A program made the translations under genes and the position numbers. Under the pieces are notes generated by a model. The model was not told the origin of the DNA, did no database searches, and saw nothing but the letters and a program-made list of their open reading frames with translations. DNA of 63,770 nt, counting the filler, from Reclinomonas americana ATCC 50394 (taxonomy: Eukaryota), in NCBI GenBank assembly GCA_048213135.1. It is 14 parts of 14 records of this genome, joined end to end, with 100 filler letters (N's around TTAATTAATTAA, not from the genome) between each part and the next. Parts side by side here need not be neighbours in the genome. Positions count along the whole stretch, not along the records: positions 1 to 8,791 come from AFZH01018353.1; positions 8,892 to 11,307 come from AFZH01018354.1; positions 11,408 to 12,768 come from AFZH01018355.1; 11 more parts are not named here. The stretch is one strand, 5' to 3'. Positions within the stretch are counted from its first letter, which is position 1; every line of letters begins with the position of its first letter. Positions 1 to 11,627 of this stretch are shown here, one piece after another.

Positions 1-3000
1 GCGTGTACTGCGAATGGCGATGAGTGCTTTGACGACGAGGAGTGCTGCTCGGATAGTGTGTGCACTTACGGCACGTGTGAGTCGTCGTGCGATCCGGCCA
101 CCACGTGCTCCGGTCACGGAACATGCAACGTCGATGGAACGTGCCAGTGCGATGCTGACTATTACGGTGCCTCGTGCAATGTGAACTGTGTGGCGGCCAC
201 GACTTGCTCTGGGCAGGGCGTTTGTGGCTCCGATGGATTGTGCAGCTGCACGAGTCCGTGCACTGGTGAGTTTTGCCTTTGTTTCTTGATCGTGAATTCG
301 CTGCGTGCTGTTTCTGACTTTGTATGTACAGGATCGACGTGCACAGCCAACCCTTCTACTGCTCGAGATTCCATTCGCCAGTGGCAGTCTGTTGCCTCCA
401 GCAGTGACGGTAGCAAACTGGTGGCCGTGGTGCGAACTAGTGGTCAGATCTACACTTCTATCAATGCTGGCGTGACGTGGACAGCTCGTGATTCCAATCG
501 CGACTGGCGATCTGTGGCCTCCAGCAGCGACGGCTCCAAGCTTGTGGCCGTTGTGCACGATGGTTTCATTTACACCTCCACTGACTCCGGCGTGACGTGG
601 ACGGATCAAGTCGCCGATTCCAATCGTAACTGGAAATATGTGGCGTCGAGCAGTGATGGTAGCAAGCTGGTTGCTGTGGAACAAGGTGGTCAGATATACA
701 CCTCCACGGATTCTGGTGTGACGTGGACGACCCGTAACGCCAGTCGTAACTGGACTGCAGTGGCCTCCAACGGTGACGGCACCAAGCTGGTGGCTGTTGA
801 GGAACTTGGTCGAATCTACACCTCCACTGACTCGGGCGAGACGTGGACGGCTCGTGATGCAGATCGCGCGTGGATATCAGTGGCCTCGAGCAGTGACGGC
901 ACCAAGCTGGTCGCTGGTGAGAACGATGGTCAGATTTACACGTCCACCGACTCTGGCGTCACTTGGTCTGCTCGCGAGACCAATCGCCAGTGGACGTCAG
1001 TGGCCTCCAGCAGTGATGGCGCCAAACTGGTGGCCGTGGCGAATGGCGACAAGGTATATGCCTCCGCTGACTCTGGCGTGACGTGGGTGCCTCGTGATTC
1101 CAGTCGTAACTGGACTGGAGTTGCCTGCAGCAGTGACGGTACCATGCTGGTGGCTGCTGTGCAAGATGGTCAACTCTACACTGTCGATCTAAGCATTTGT
1201 TCAGTGTGCTCTGACCGCGGCACACTCAGTCCCACTGACGGCTCATGCCAGTGCACTGGCGACTACGCCAGTGCCAACTGCAACTGCAGTCCCACTGCGA
1301 CATGCTCTGGACACGGAACATGCAACAGTGACGGCACGTGCCAGTGCTCGGGCGACTACACCAATGCCAGCTGCAACTGCAGTCCCACTATCACGTGCTC
1401 TGGAAACGGTATCTGTGGCACCTATGGAACGTGTATCTGCACGAGTCCATGCACTGGTGAGAAGTGCCGTTGTTCTTGAATTGACTGCGTGCTGTCGCTG
1501 ATTTGTTTTCTGTACAGGGTCGTCGTGCATAGCTCGCCCGTCCAGTGCTCGCGATTCCATTCGCCAGTGGACATCAGTGGCCGCCAGTAGTGACTTCACC
1601 ATGATGGCAGCCGTGGTGAACCCTGGTAACATTTATACCTCGATTGATTCCGGCGTGACGTGGACCGCTCGCGAGACCAGTCGCCAGTGGACGTCTGTTG
1701 CCTCGAGCAGCGACGGCGCCAAGCTGGTGGCTGTGGTGAACCCTGGTCTGATCTACACGTCCGTCGACTCCGGTGTGACTTGGACTGCTCGCGAAGCGAA
1801 TCGCCAGTGGACATCTGTTGCCTCTAGCAGCGACGGCGCCAAGCTGGTGTCTGTGGTGAACCCTGGTCTGATCTACACGTCTACTGACTCTGGCGTGACT
1901 TGGACGGCTCGTGACTCCAATCGGCACTGGCGATCCGTGGCGTCGAGCAGTGATGGTAGCAAGCTGATGGCTGTTGAGCAGAATGGGCAGATCTACACTT
2001 CCACTGACTCTGGCGTGACTTGGACTCCGCGTGATTCCAATCGTAACTGGTTGACGGTTGCTTCCAGCAGTGACGGCACCAATTTGGTAGCTGCTGGCGA
2101 TTCTATTCAGATCTACACCTCCGCTGACTCTGGCGTGACGTGGACAGCTCGCGATTCAGATCGCGCGTGGTTATCAGTGGCCTCCAGCAGTGACGGTACC
2201 AAGCTAATGGCCGTGGCGAATGGCGACAAGGTATACACCTCCACTGACGCTGGTGTGACGTGGACGACTCGTGATTCCAGTCGCGCGTGGACTGCGTTGG
2301 CTTCCAGCAGCGACGGTACCATGCTGGTGGCTGCTGTGGGTGGCGGTCAACTTTACACTTTTGATCTCCGCATATGTTTGCCGTGCTTGGGCCACGGTGC
2401 ATTCAGTCTCACCGACGGCTCATGTACGTGCACTGGCGACTACACGAATGCCAGTTGCAACTGCAGTCCCACCGTCACGTGCTCTGGTCACGGAACATGC
2501 AACATCGATGGCACGTGTCAGTGCACGAGCGACTACACCAACGCCAGCTGCAACTGCAGTCCCACCACCACGTGCTCTGGTCACGGAACATGCAATGTTG
2601 ACGGGACGTGTCTGTGCACGGGTGACTACACCAATGCCAGCTGCAACTGCAGTCCCAGCATTACGTGCTCTGGCCACGGAACGTGCATGACTGACGGCAC
2701 GTGCCAGTGCACTGGAGACTACACCAATGCCAGCTGCAACTGCAGTCCCAGCATCACGTGCTCTGGTCACGGAACGTGCAACACTGACAGCACGTGTCTG
2801 TGCACGGGCGACTACACTAATGCCAGCTGCAACTGTAGTCCCAGCATCACGTGCTCTGGTCACGGAACGTGCAACACTGACAGTACGTGTCTGTGCACGG
2901 GCGACTACACCAATGCCAGCTGCAACTGCAGCCCCACTGCGACGTGCTCTGGTCACGGAACGTGCATGACTGACGGCACGTGTCTGTGCACGGGCGACTA

Positions 3001-6000
3001 CACCAATGCCAGTTGCAACTGCAGTCCCACTACGACGTGCTCTGGTCATGGAACGTGCAAGACGGACGGCACATGCCAGTGCGCGGGCGACTACACCAAT
3101 GCCAGTTGCAACTGCAGTCCCACTACGACGTGCTCTGGTCACGGAACGTGCAACAGTGACGGCACATGCCTGTGCACTGGCGACTACACCAATGCCAGCT
3201 GCAACTGCAGCCCCACTGCGACGTGCTCTGGTCACGGAACGTGCAACACCGATGGAACGTGTCATTGCACGGGCGACTACACCAATGCCAGCTGCAACTG
3301 CAGTCCCACCACCACATGCTCTGGCCACGGAACGTGCAAGACTGACGGCTCATGCCAGTGCACAGGCGATTACACCAATGCAAATTGCAACTGCAGTCCT
3401 ACCGCGACGTGCACTGGTCACGGTACCTGTGGCGCCGATGGAACGTGCAGCTGTACGAGTCCATGCACTGGTGAGCAGCACGGTTGGTACTGACTGTGAA
3501 TTCACTTTGTCGCTCATTTTATTGTTGTGCCCAGGGCCTTCGTGTGCAGTCAGCCCCAGTACGTGGACAGCTCGTGATTCTGATCGCGGCTGGCAATCGG
3601 TGGCCTCCAGCAGTGACGGCACCAAGCTGGTCGCTGCTGTGTTTGGTGGCCAGATCTACGCATCCACAGACTCTGGCGTGACGTGGATAGCACATGAGTC
3701 CAATCGCCAGTGGACATCAGTTGCCTCGAGCAGTGATGGCACCAAGCTGGTAGCTAGTGTGTCTCCCGGTCACATCTACACCTCAACCGACTCGGGCGTG
3801 ACGTGGATCGCTCACGATTCAGATCGGTACTGGAGTTCGGTGGCCTCGAGCAGTGACGGCACCAAGCTGGTGGCTACGGATAGCTTTGGCGGTCAGATCT
3901 ACACGTCCACCGACTCTGGTTTGAGTTGGGTGGCTCGCGAATCCATGCGTTTCTGGACTGGAGTGGCGTCCAGCAGTGACGGCACCAAGCTGGTGGCTGC
4001 GGTCTACGATGGTCAGATTTACACCTCCGCTGACTCTGGCGTGACGTGGACGACTCGTGATGCTGATCGCAAGTGGTTGACGGTCGCTTCCAGCAGTGAC
4101 GGCACCAATCTGGTAGCTGCTGGCGATTCTACTCATATTTACACGTCCACCGACTCCGGCGTAAATTGGACACCTCGCGATTCCACTCGTGGGTGGAATT
4201 CGGTGGCCTCGAGCAGTGACGGCACCAAGCTCGTGGCTGTTGTAGGCAATGGCCAGATCTACACGTCCACTGACTCTGGCGTAACATGGGCAGCTAATGA
4301 CGCAAGCCGTTACTGGTTGAGAGTGGCCTCCAGCAGTGACGGTACGAAACTGGTGGCTGCTGTGCAAGATGGCCAGATCTACACTTTAGATCCCGGCGTG
4401 TGTTCACTGTGCTCGGGCCACGGTACATTCAGTCCTACTGATGGCACCTGTCAGTGCACTGGCGACTACACCAGCGGCAACTGCTACTGCAGTCCCACCG
4501 TGACATGCTCCGGTCACGGAACGTGCAAGACTGACGGTACGTGCCAGTGCGACGCTGACTACTACGGTGCATCGTGCAATGTTAACTGTGTGGCGGCCAC
4601 CACATGCTCTGGACAAGGAACGTGCATGAGTGGCGGCACGTGCCAATGCGATGCTGACTATTTTGGTGCATCTTGCAATGTGAACTGTGTGGCGGCCACC
4701 ACGTGCTCTGGAAATGGCACTTGCACCTCCGATGGATCGTGCGTTTGCACAAGTTCGTGCACTGGTAAGCTGTGCGGTTTCTGGTCGTTTAAATCCACTG
4801 CACGTTGTCGCTGACTTTGTTGTTTTCGCGCAGGATCGTCGTGCTCTGTGAGCACTCTCAATGCTCGTGATTCTATTCGTAACTGGCAGTCTGTGGCCTC
4901 CAGCAGTGACGGTAGCAAGCTGGTGGCCGTGGTACAAACTAGTGGCCAAATCTACACTTCTATCAATGCTGGCGTGGCGTGGACAGCTCGTGATTCCAAT
5001 CGCGACTGGCGATCTGTGGCCTCCAGCAGCGATGGTTCGAAGCTAGTAGCTGCTGTGCAGAACGGGCAGATCTACACGTCCACGGATTCTGGCGTGACAT
5101 GGACACCTCACGATTCCAATCGTACCTGGCAATCTGTGGCGTCGAGCAGTGACGGTACCAAGCTGGTGGCTGTGGAGCTAGGTGGTCAGATCTACACATC
5201 CACCGACTCTGGCTTGAGTTGGGTTGCTCGTGAATCCAATCGTATCTGGCATTCAGTGGCCTCCAGCAGTGACGGCGCCAAATTAGTGGCTGCTGCGTTT
5301 AGCAGGCAAATTTACACGTCCACTGACTCTGGTGTGACGTGGACGGTTCGTGATTCGAACCGCGACTGGTGGTCAGTGGCTTCGAGCAGTGACGGCACCA
5401 AGCTGGTGGCTGTTGAACACGGTGGATTCATTTACGTGTCCACTGATTCAGGGGTGACATGGATAGCTCGTGGTTCCAATCGCCAGTGGACATCAGTGGC
5501 CTCCAGCAGTGACGGCACCAAGCTAATGGCCGTGGCGAATGGCGACAAGGTATATGCCTCCGCTGACTCTGGCGTGACGTGGGTGCCTCGTGACTCCGAT
5601 CGCCAATGGGCATCAGTTGCCTGCAGCAGTGACGGCATCAAACTAGTGGCTGCTGTGCGAGATGGTCAGCTTTACACTGTAGATCTCGGCGTGTGTTCGA
5701 TGTGCTCAGGCCACGGTACATTCAGTCCTACTGATGGCACCTGTCAGTGCACTGGCGACTACACCAGCGGCAACTGCTACTGCAGTCCCACCGTGACATG
5801 CTCCGGTCACGGAACGTGCAAGACTGACGGTACGTGCCAGTGCGACGCTGACTACTACGGTGCATCGTGCAATGTTAACTGTGTGGCGGCCACCACATGC
5901 TCTGGAAATGGCACTTGCACCTCCGATGGATCGTGCGTTTGCACAAGTTCGTGCACTGGTAAGCTGTGCGGTTTCTGGTCGTTTAAGTCCACTGCACGTT

Positions 6001-9000
6001 GTCGCTGACTTTGTTGTTTTCGCGCAGGATCGTCGTGCTCTGTGAGCACTCTCAATGCTCGTGATTCTATTCGTAACTGGCAGTCTGTGGCCTCCAGCAG
6101 TGACGGTAGCAAGCTGGTGGCCGTGGTACAAACTAGTGGCCAAATCTACACTTCTATCAATGCTGGCGTGGCGTGGACAGCTCGTGATTCCAATCGCGAC
6201 TGGCGATCTGTGGCCTGCAGCAGCGACGGCTCCAAGCTTGTGGCCGTTGTGCACGGTGGTTTCATTTACACCTCCACTGATTCAGGGGTGACGTGGGTAG
6301 CTCGTGGCTTTTCACGTAACTGGAAATATGTGGCGTCGAGCAGTGGTGGTAGCAAGCTGGTTGCTGTGGAACAAGGTGGTCAGATATACACCTCCACTGA
6401 CTCAGGCGTGACGTGGACGGCCCGTGATTCCGGTCGTAACTGGACTGCAGTGGCCTCCAGCAGCGACGGCACCAAGCTGGTGGCTGTGGTTGAACTAGGC
6501 CAGATCTTCACTTCCACAAATTCGGGCGTGACATGGACGGCTCGTGATGCAGATCGCGCGTGGATATCAGTGGCCTCGAGCAGTGACGGCACCAAGCTGG
6601 TAGCAGGTGTGAATGGTGGTCAGATCTACACCTCCACTGACTCTGGCGTCACTTGGACTGCTCGCGAGTCCAATCGAATCTGGAGTGGAGTTACCTCCAG
6701 CGGGGACGGTACCAAGCTGGCGGCTGTGGCAAATGGCGACAAGGTATACTCCTCTACTGACTCTGGTGTGACGTGGGCGACTCGTGACTCCGATCGCCAA
6801 TGGGCATCAGTTGCCTCCAGCAGTGACGGCACCAAGCTGGTGGCTGCTGCGAGTGGCGGTCAGGTTTACACTTTTGACCTCGGCCTATGTTCAGTGTGCT
6901 CGGGCCACGGCACATTCAGCCCTGTTAACGGCTCGTGTCAGTGCACTGGCGACTACACCAATGCCAGTTGCAACTGCAGTCCCACTGCCACGTGCTCTGG
7001 TCACGGAACGTGCAACAGTGACGGCACGTGCCAGTGCTCAGGCGACTACACCAATGCCAGCTGCAACTGCAGTCCCAATACAACATGCTCTGGTCATGGA
7101 ACTTGCAAGACTGACGGCACATGCCAGTGCACGGGCGACTACACCAATGCCAGTTGCAACTGCAGTCCCACCGCCACGTGCTCTGGACACGGAACGTGCA
7201 ACACCGATGGAACGTGTCTGTGCACGGGCGACTACACCAATGCCAGCTGCAACTGCAGTCCCACTGCCACATGCTCTGGCCACGGAACGTGCAAGAGCGA
7301 CGGAACGTGTCAGTGCACGGGCGACTACACCAATGCCAGCTGCAACTGCAGTCCCAGCGTCACGTGCTCTGGACATGGAACATGCAAGACTGACGGCACG
7401 TGCCAGTGCGATGCAGACTATTACGGCGTCTCGTGCAGTGTGAACTGTCTGGCAGCTACCACGTGTTCTGGCCACGGAACGTGCAAGAGTGACGGCACGT
7501 GCCAGTGCAACTCTGACTACTATGGTGCATCGTGCAACGTGAATTGTGTGGCGGCCACCACGTGCTCTGGCAACGGAACGTGCAAGGCTGACGGCACCTG
7601 TCAGTGCACGGGCGACTACACCAATACCAACTGCAACTGCAGTCCGGCTACGACGTGCTCAGGCCACGGAACATGCAACATCGATGGAACGTGCCAGTGC
7701 AACAACAACTACTTCGGTGCATCGTGCAACGTAAACTGTGTGGCGGCCACCACGTGCTCCGGAAATGGCATTTGTGGCTCCGATGGCTCGTGCATCTGCG
7801 CGAGTCCGTGCGCGGGTGAGTAGTGCTTTGGTTTTTTTGATCGACTGTGTGCGGTCGCTGACTTTGTATGTACAGGATCGACGTGCACAGTCAACCCTTC
7901 TACTGCTCGTGATTCCATTCGCCAGTGGCAGTCTGTGGCCTCCAGCAGTGACGGCAGCAAGCTGGTGGCCGTGGTGAAAACTAGTGGTCAGATTTACACT
8001 TCTATCGACGCTGGTGTGACGTGGACACCTCGTGATTCTAATCGCGACTGGCGATCTGTGGCCTCCAGCAGCGACGGCATCAAGCTGGTGGCGGTTGCGC
8101 ACGGCGGCCAGCTTTACACCTCCACTGACTCCGGGCTGACGTGGACGGCTCGATCCATTGATTTCTCCCATAACTGGAAATTTGTGGCGTCGAGCAGTGA
8201 CGGTAGCAAGCTGGTTGCTGTGGTGCAAGGTGGGCAGATCTACACCTCCACCAACTCTGGTGCGACGTGGGCGGCGCGTGATTCCGGTCGTAACTGGACT
8301 GCAGTGGCCTCTAGCGGTGACGGCACGTACCTGGTGGCTGTTGAGGAACTTGGTCAAATTTACACCTCCACTGACTCGGGCGTGTCATGGACGGCGCGTG
8401 ATGCCAATCGCGGATGGGTGTCGGTGGCTTCCAGCAGCAACGGTGCCAAGCTGGTGGCTGTTGAGAACGGTGGACGGATCTACACCTCCACTGACTTTGG
8501 CTTCAATTGGACTGCTCGCGAAGCTGTTCGCCAATGGACGTCAGTGGCCTCGAGCAGTGATGGCACCAAGCTGATGGCCGTTGCGACTGGCGACAAGCTT
8601 TACACATCCACTGACTCCGGCGCGACATGGACGACTCGTGAATCCAATCGCGCGTGGACAGCGTTGGCTTCCAGCAGCGACGGTGCCATGCTGGCGGCTG
8701 CTGTGGGTGGTGGTCAGCTTTACACTTTCGATCTCAGCATATGTTCAGTGTGCTCGGGCCACGGCGCATTCAGTCCAATTGACAGCTCATGNNNNNNNNN
8801 NNNNNNNNNNNNNNNNNNNNNNNNNNNNNNNNNNNTTAATTAATTAANNNNNNNNNNNNNNNNNNNNNNNNNNNNNNNNNNNNNNNNNNNNCCAGTGCAC
8901 GGGCGACTACACCAATGCCAGCTGCAACTGCAGTCCCAGCATCACGTGCTCCGGTCACGGATCGTGCAAGACTGACGGCACGTGTCTGTGCGACGCAGAC

Positions 9001-10040
9001 TATTACGGTGCCTCGTGCAACTGCGCTGCAACAACCACGTGCTCTGGGCAGGGTACTTGTGGCACTGATGGATTGTGCATCTGCACAAGTCCGTGCGGTG
9101 GTGAGTGGTGCCGTTGTTTCTTGATCGTGAATTGACTGTGCACAGTCGCTGATTTGCTTTCTGTACAGGGTCGTCGTGTACAGCTCGCCCTTCCAGTGCT
9201 CGTGATTCCATCCGCCAGTGGTCGTCAGTGGCCGCCAGTATTGACTTCACCAAGCTGGTGGCTGTTGTGAACCCTGGTAACATTTATACCTCGATTGATT
9301 CCGGCGTGACGTGGACCGCTCGCGAGACCAGTCGCCAGTGGACATCTGTTGCCTCGAGCAGCGACGGCGCCAAGTTAGTGGCTGTGGTGAACCCTGGTCT
9401 GATCTACACGTCTGTCGACTCTGGTGTGACATGGACTGCACGTGAATCCAATCGCCAGTGGACATCAGTTGCCTCCAGCAGCGACGGCACCAAGCTGGTG
9501 GCCGTGGTGAATCCAGATCAGATCTACACGTCTACTGACTCTGGTGTGACGTGGACGCCCCGTGATTCTACTCGACACTGGCGATCCGTGGCGTCGAGCA
9601 GTGATGGTAGCAAGTTGGTGGCTGTTGAGCAGAATGGACAGATCTACACTTCCACTGACTCTGGCTTGACTTGGACTCCGCGTGATTCCAATCGTAACTG
9701 GTTGACGGTTGCTTCCAGCAGTGACGGCACCAAGCTGGTAGCTGGCGTGAACGGTGGTCACATATACACATCCATCGACTCTGGCGTGACGTGGACAGCT
9801 CGCGAAGCCGGTCGCCTGTGGACGTCAGTGGCCTCCAGCAGTGACGGTACCAAGCTAATGGCCGTGGCGAATGGCGACAAGGTATACACCTCCACTGACG
9901 CTGGTGTGACGTGGACGACTCGTGATTCCAGTCGCGCGTGGACTGCGTTGGCTTCCAGCAGCGACGGTACCATGCTGGTGGCTGCTGTGGGTGGCGGTCA
10001 ACTTTACACTTTCGATCTTGGCGTGTGCTCTTTGCTCTAG
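1..10040 (+). CDS. Giant repetitive extracellular-type protein: at least seven 7-bladed Asp-box/BNR beta-propellers separated by tandem EGF-like repeats; 5'-partial, multi-exon, spans a gap
   Basis: ~40-aa blades (WxSVASSSDGTKLVA...IYTSTDSGVTWTARDS) and 31-aa Cys repeats (CSPTxTCSGHGTCxxDGTCQCTGDYTNASCN). GT-AG introns at 266-331, 1457-1517, 3471-3534, 4765-4833, 5959-6027, 7816-7875 and 9101-9168 join the ORFs in frame. Stop TAG at 10038-10040. Confidence 0.9.
2462..3470 (+). repeat. 93-bp coding tandem repeat (about 11 EGF-like units)
   Basis: Recurring tgcagtccc...tgctctggtcacggaacgtgc...ggcgactacaccaatgccagctgcaac. A similar array lies at about 6975-7815. Confidence 0.9.
8792..8891. other. 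Artificial assembly gap/linker (first of 13)
   Basis: N44-TTAATTAATTAA-N44. The others start at 11308, 12769, 15019, 18384, 21440, 37767, 39459, 49104, 52765, 54307, 57374 and 62198. Confidence 0.98.
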
Positions 10041-10710
10041 CCTCGCTCTCTCGAGTCTCAACTCTCCTGATGGTTCTTATTCTTCATTCTCCTTCTGTCT
10101 CTGTCGAGCACACATTTTACTATTTTGTATTCACTTGGTCAACTGTATTGTGCTTGTCTACGGTTACATGATAGCGCGACAACAATTTATTCATCAGCAT
10201 GCAAGCGGCCGCTGTCTTGATGACCATGCTGACAAAGAATACCAATCTTCTGGACAGCAGTGTCGCTGCGGCGTAAGCGCACCAAGATGAGCAACCAAAT
10301 GATCATCTTTATCGTCACGACGGCGGCATTTGCTCGGAGTCGACTGGGCGCATCGAGTGGAGACGGTGTATTTGGCCAAGTTGTATTTTCTTTCGTATAA
10401 GCTGTTTGCTGTCGCGAGACTTGCTGCTCACAGATCTAGAAGTTTGGAGAGTGGCAAAAGGATGCAGTGATAACGCAATTGCAGTCTGCACCTGTGTAAG
10501 AATACACATCAAAGAACTGCTGAGCCCACAGTTAGGCATCTGCCGCGCGCGATGGCGCGTCGACAATCAATACTTTTCCACCATGAATTCGAAAGTCGCG
10601 ACTGCACAGCTCACACTATCAACCGCCCGGCGTTTGTGCTCTTCTCGTGTGCGGCAAGAAAGACTGACAGTCGCCGGACAAGTGAAGTCGTTGGAGACCG
10701 ACGTTGCACA

Positions 10711-11185
10711 ATGAGCGAGGATCCTGCGCGCCAATGCTCCTCTTCCTCTGCTGCTGCTCCTCCCGCTGGCCCACCCATCTGCCGCCTCTACGGCCTCAGT
10801 GCCAATCCCGCACCCTCCTCCTCCTCGGATGACAGCAGTGGACAAGTGACACTGCATCGACCACACATTGCGCAGCCGAATCCCGTTGTGCGGCGACTGG
10901 AGGCCGGCGAGACCTATCACTGGTGCTCATGTGGACTGTCGAAGCTGGTAAGTGTCTGCATTGAGGGGAGAGAGAGAGAACGAGCTGATTGATGTGTGTG
11001 ATTGGAAGGATCGCGGAACATTCTGTGATGGATCGTGCGCGGGAACACCTTTTCAGCCTGGTGCGTTGATCTCTTGCTTCCCCTTCCTCCCTGTGCGCCT
11101 CGTTGCTGACTGTGTCAATGAGCACAGTGGCGTTTGTGGCGCAGAACAAGACTTTTCACTCGCTCTGCAATTGCAAGTACACAAA
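10711..11185 (+). CDS. CDGSH iron-sulfur domain protein, CISD3/MiNT-like (3'-partial)
   Basis: Exons 10711-10947, 11009-11060 and 11128-~11185 give ...LEAGETYHWCSCGLSKL|DRGTFCDGSCAGTPFQP|VAFVAQNKTFHSLCNCKYT, the tandem two-CDGSH layout. The remainder presumably lies in the gap. Confidence 0.85.
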
Positions 11186-11444
11186 GTTGCGCTCCACGAC
11201 TTCCACTCTTCGTTTGTCGCCGTTGTGCTAAAGCCTGTTTGTTGTCTTTCCCTGTTGGTTCCGTGCCCTTCTCTCGGTTCTCCTTCTTCTTCTCCCTCCT
11301 CCTCCTCNNNNNNNNNNNNNNNNNNNNNNNNNNNNNNNNNNNNNNNNNNNNTTAATTAATTAANNNNNNNNNNNNNNNNNNNNNNNNNNNNNNNNNNNNN
11401 NNNNNNNGTGTGTGTGTCCCTCCTCTCCTACCTTCCTACTCTCT

Positions 11445-11483
<39 letters not shown>

Positions 11484-11627
11484 GTCCCCGTCTCTCTTTC
11501 TCTTTCTCTCCCTCTCACTCTCTGACCTCCCTCCATTCCCCTCTCCTTCCCTCTCCCTCTCCCCTTCCCTCCATCTCCCTCCCACCCTCCCTCTCTCCTC
11601 TCTCGTCTCTTCTCACCACCCACTCAC

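Noticed and set aside
266..331. ORF track reads through EFCLCFLIVNSLRAVSDFVCT as if coding
   Set aside because: It is a 66-nt stop-free intron homologous to the other six cassette introns, although in-frame retention cannot be excluded.
2420..3328. Long antisense and alternative-frame ORFs over the EGF array
   Set aside because: Shadow ORFs of a GC-rich coding repeat.
8836..8847. TTAATTAATTAA palindrome recurring 13 times
   Set aside because: Always centred in N runs; a synthetic gap linker with stops in all six frames.
332..10020. Regular ~120-bp repeats as a possible CRISPR-like or DGR array
   Set aside because: They are in-frame protein repeats with synonymous variation; no unique spacers, cas genes or reverse transcriptase.
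10041..10710. Short ORFs between the propeller gene and the CISD gene
   Set aside because: No recognisable motifs or splice pattern; treated as intergenic/UTR.
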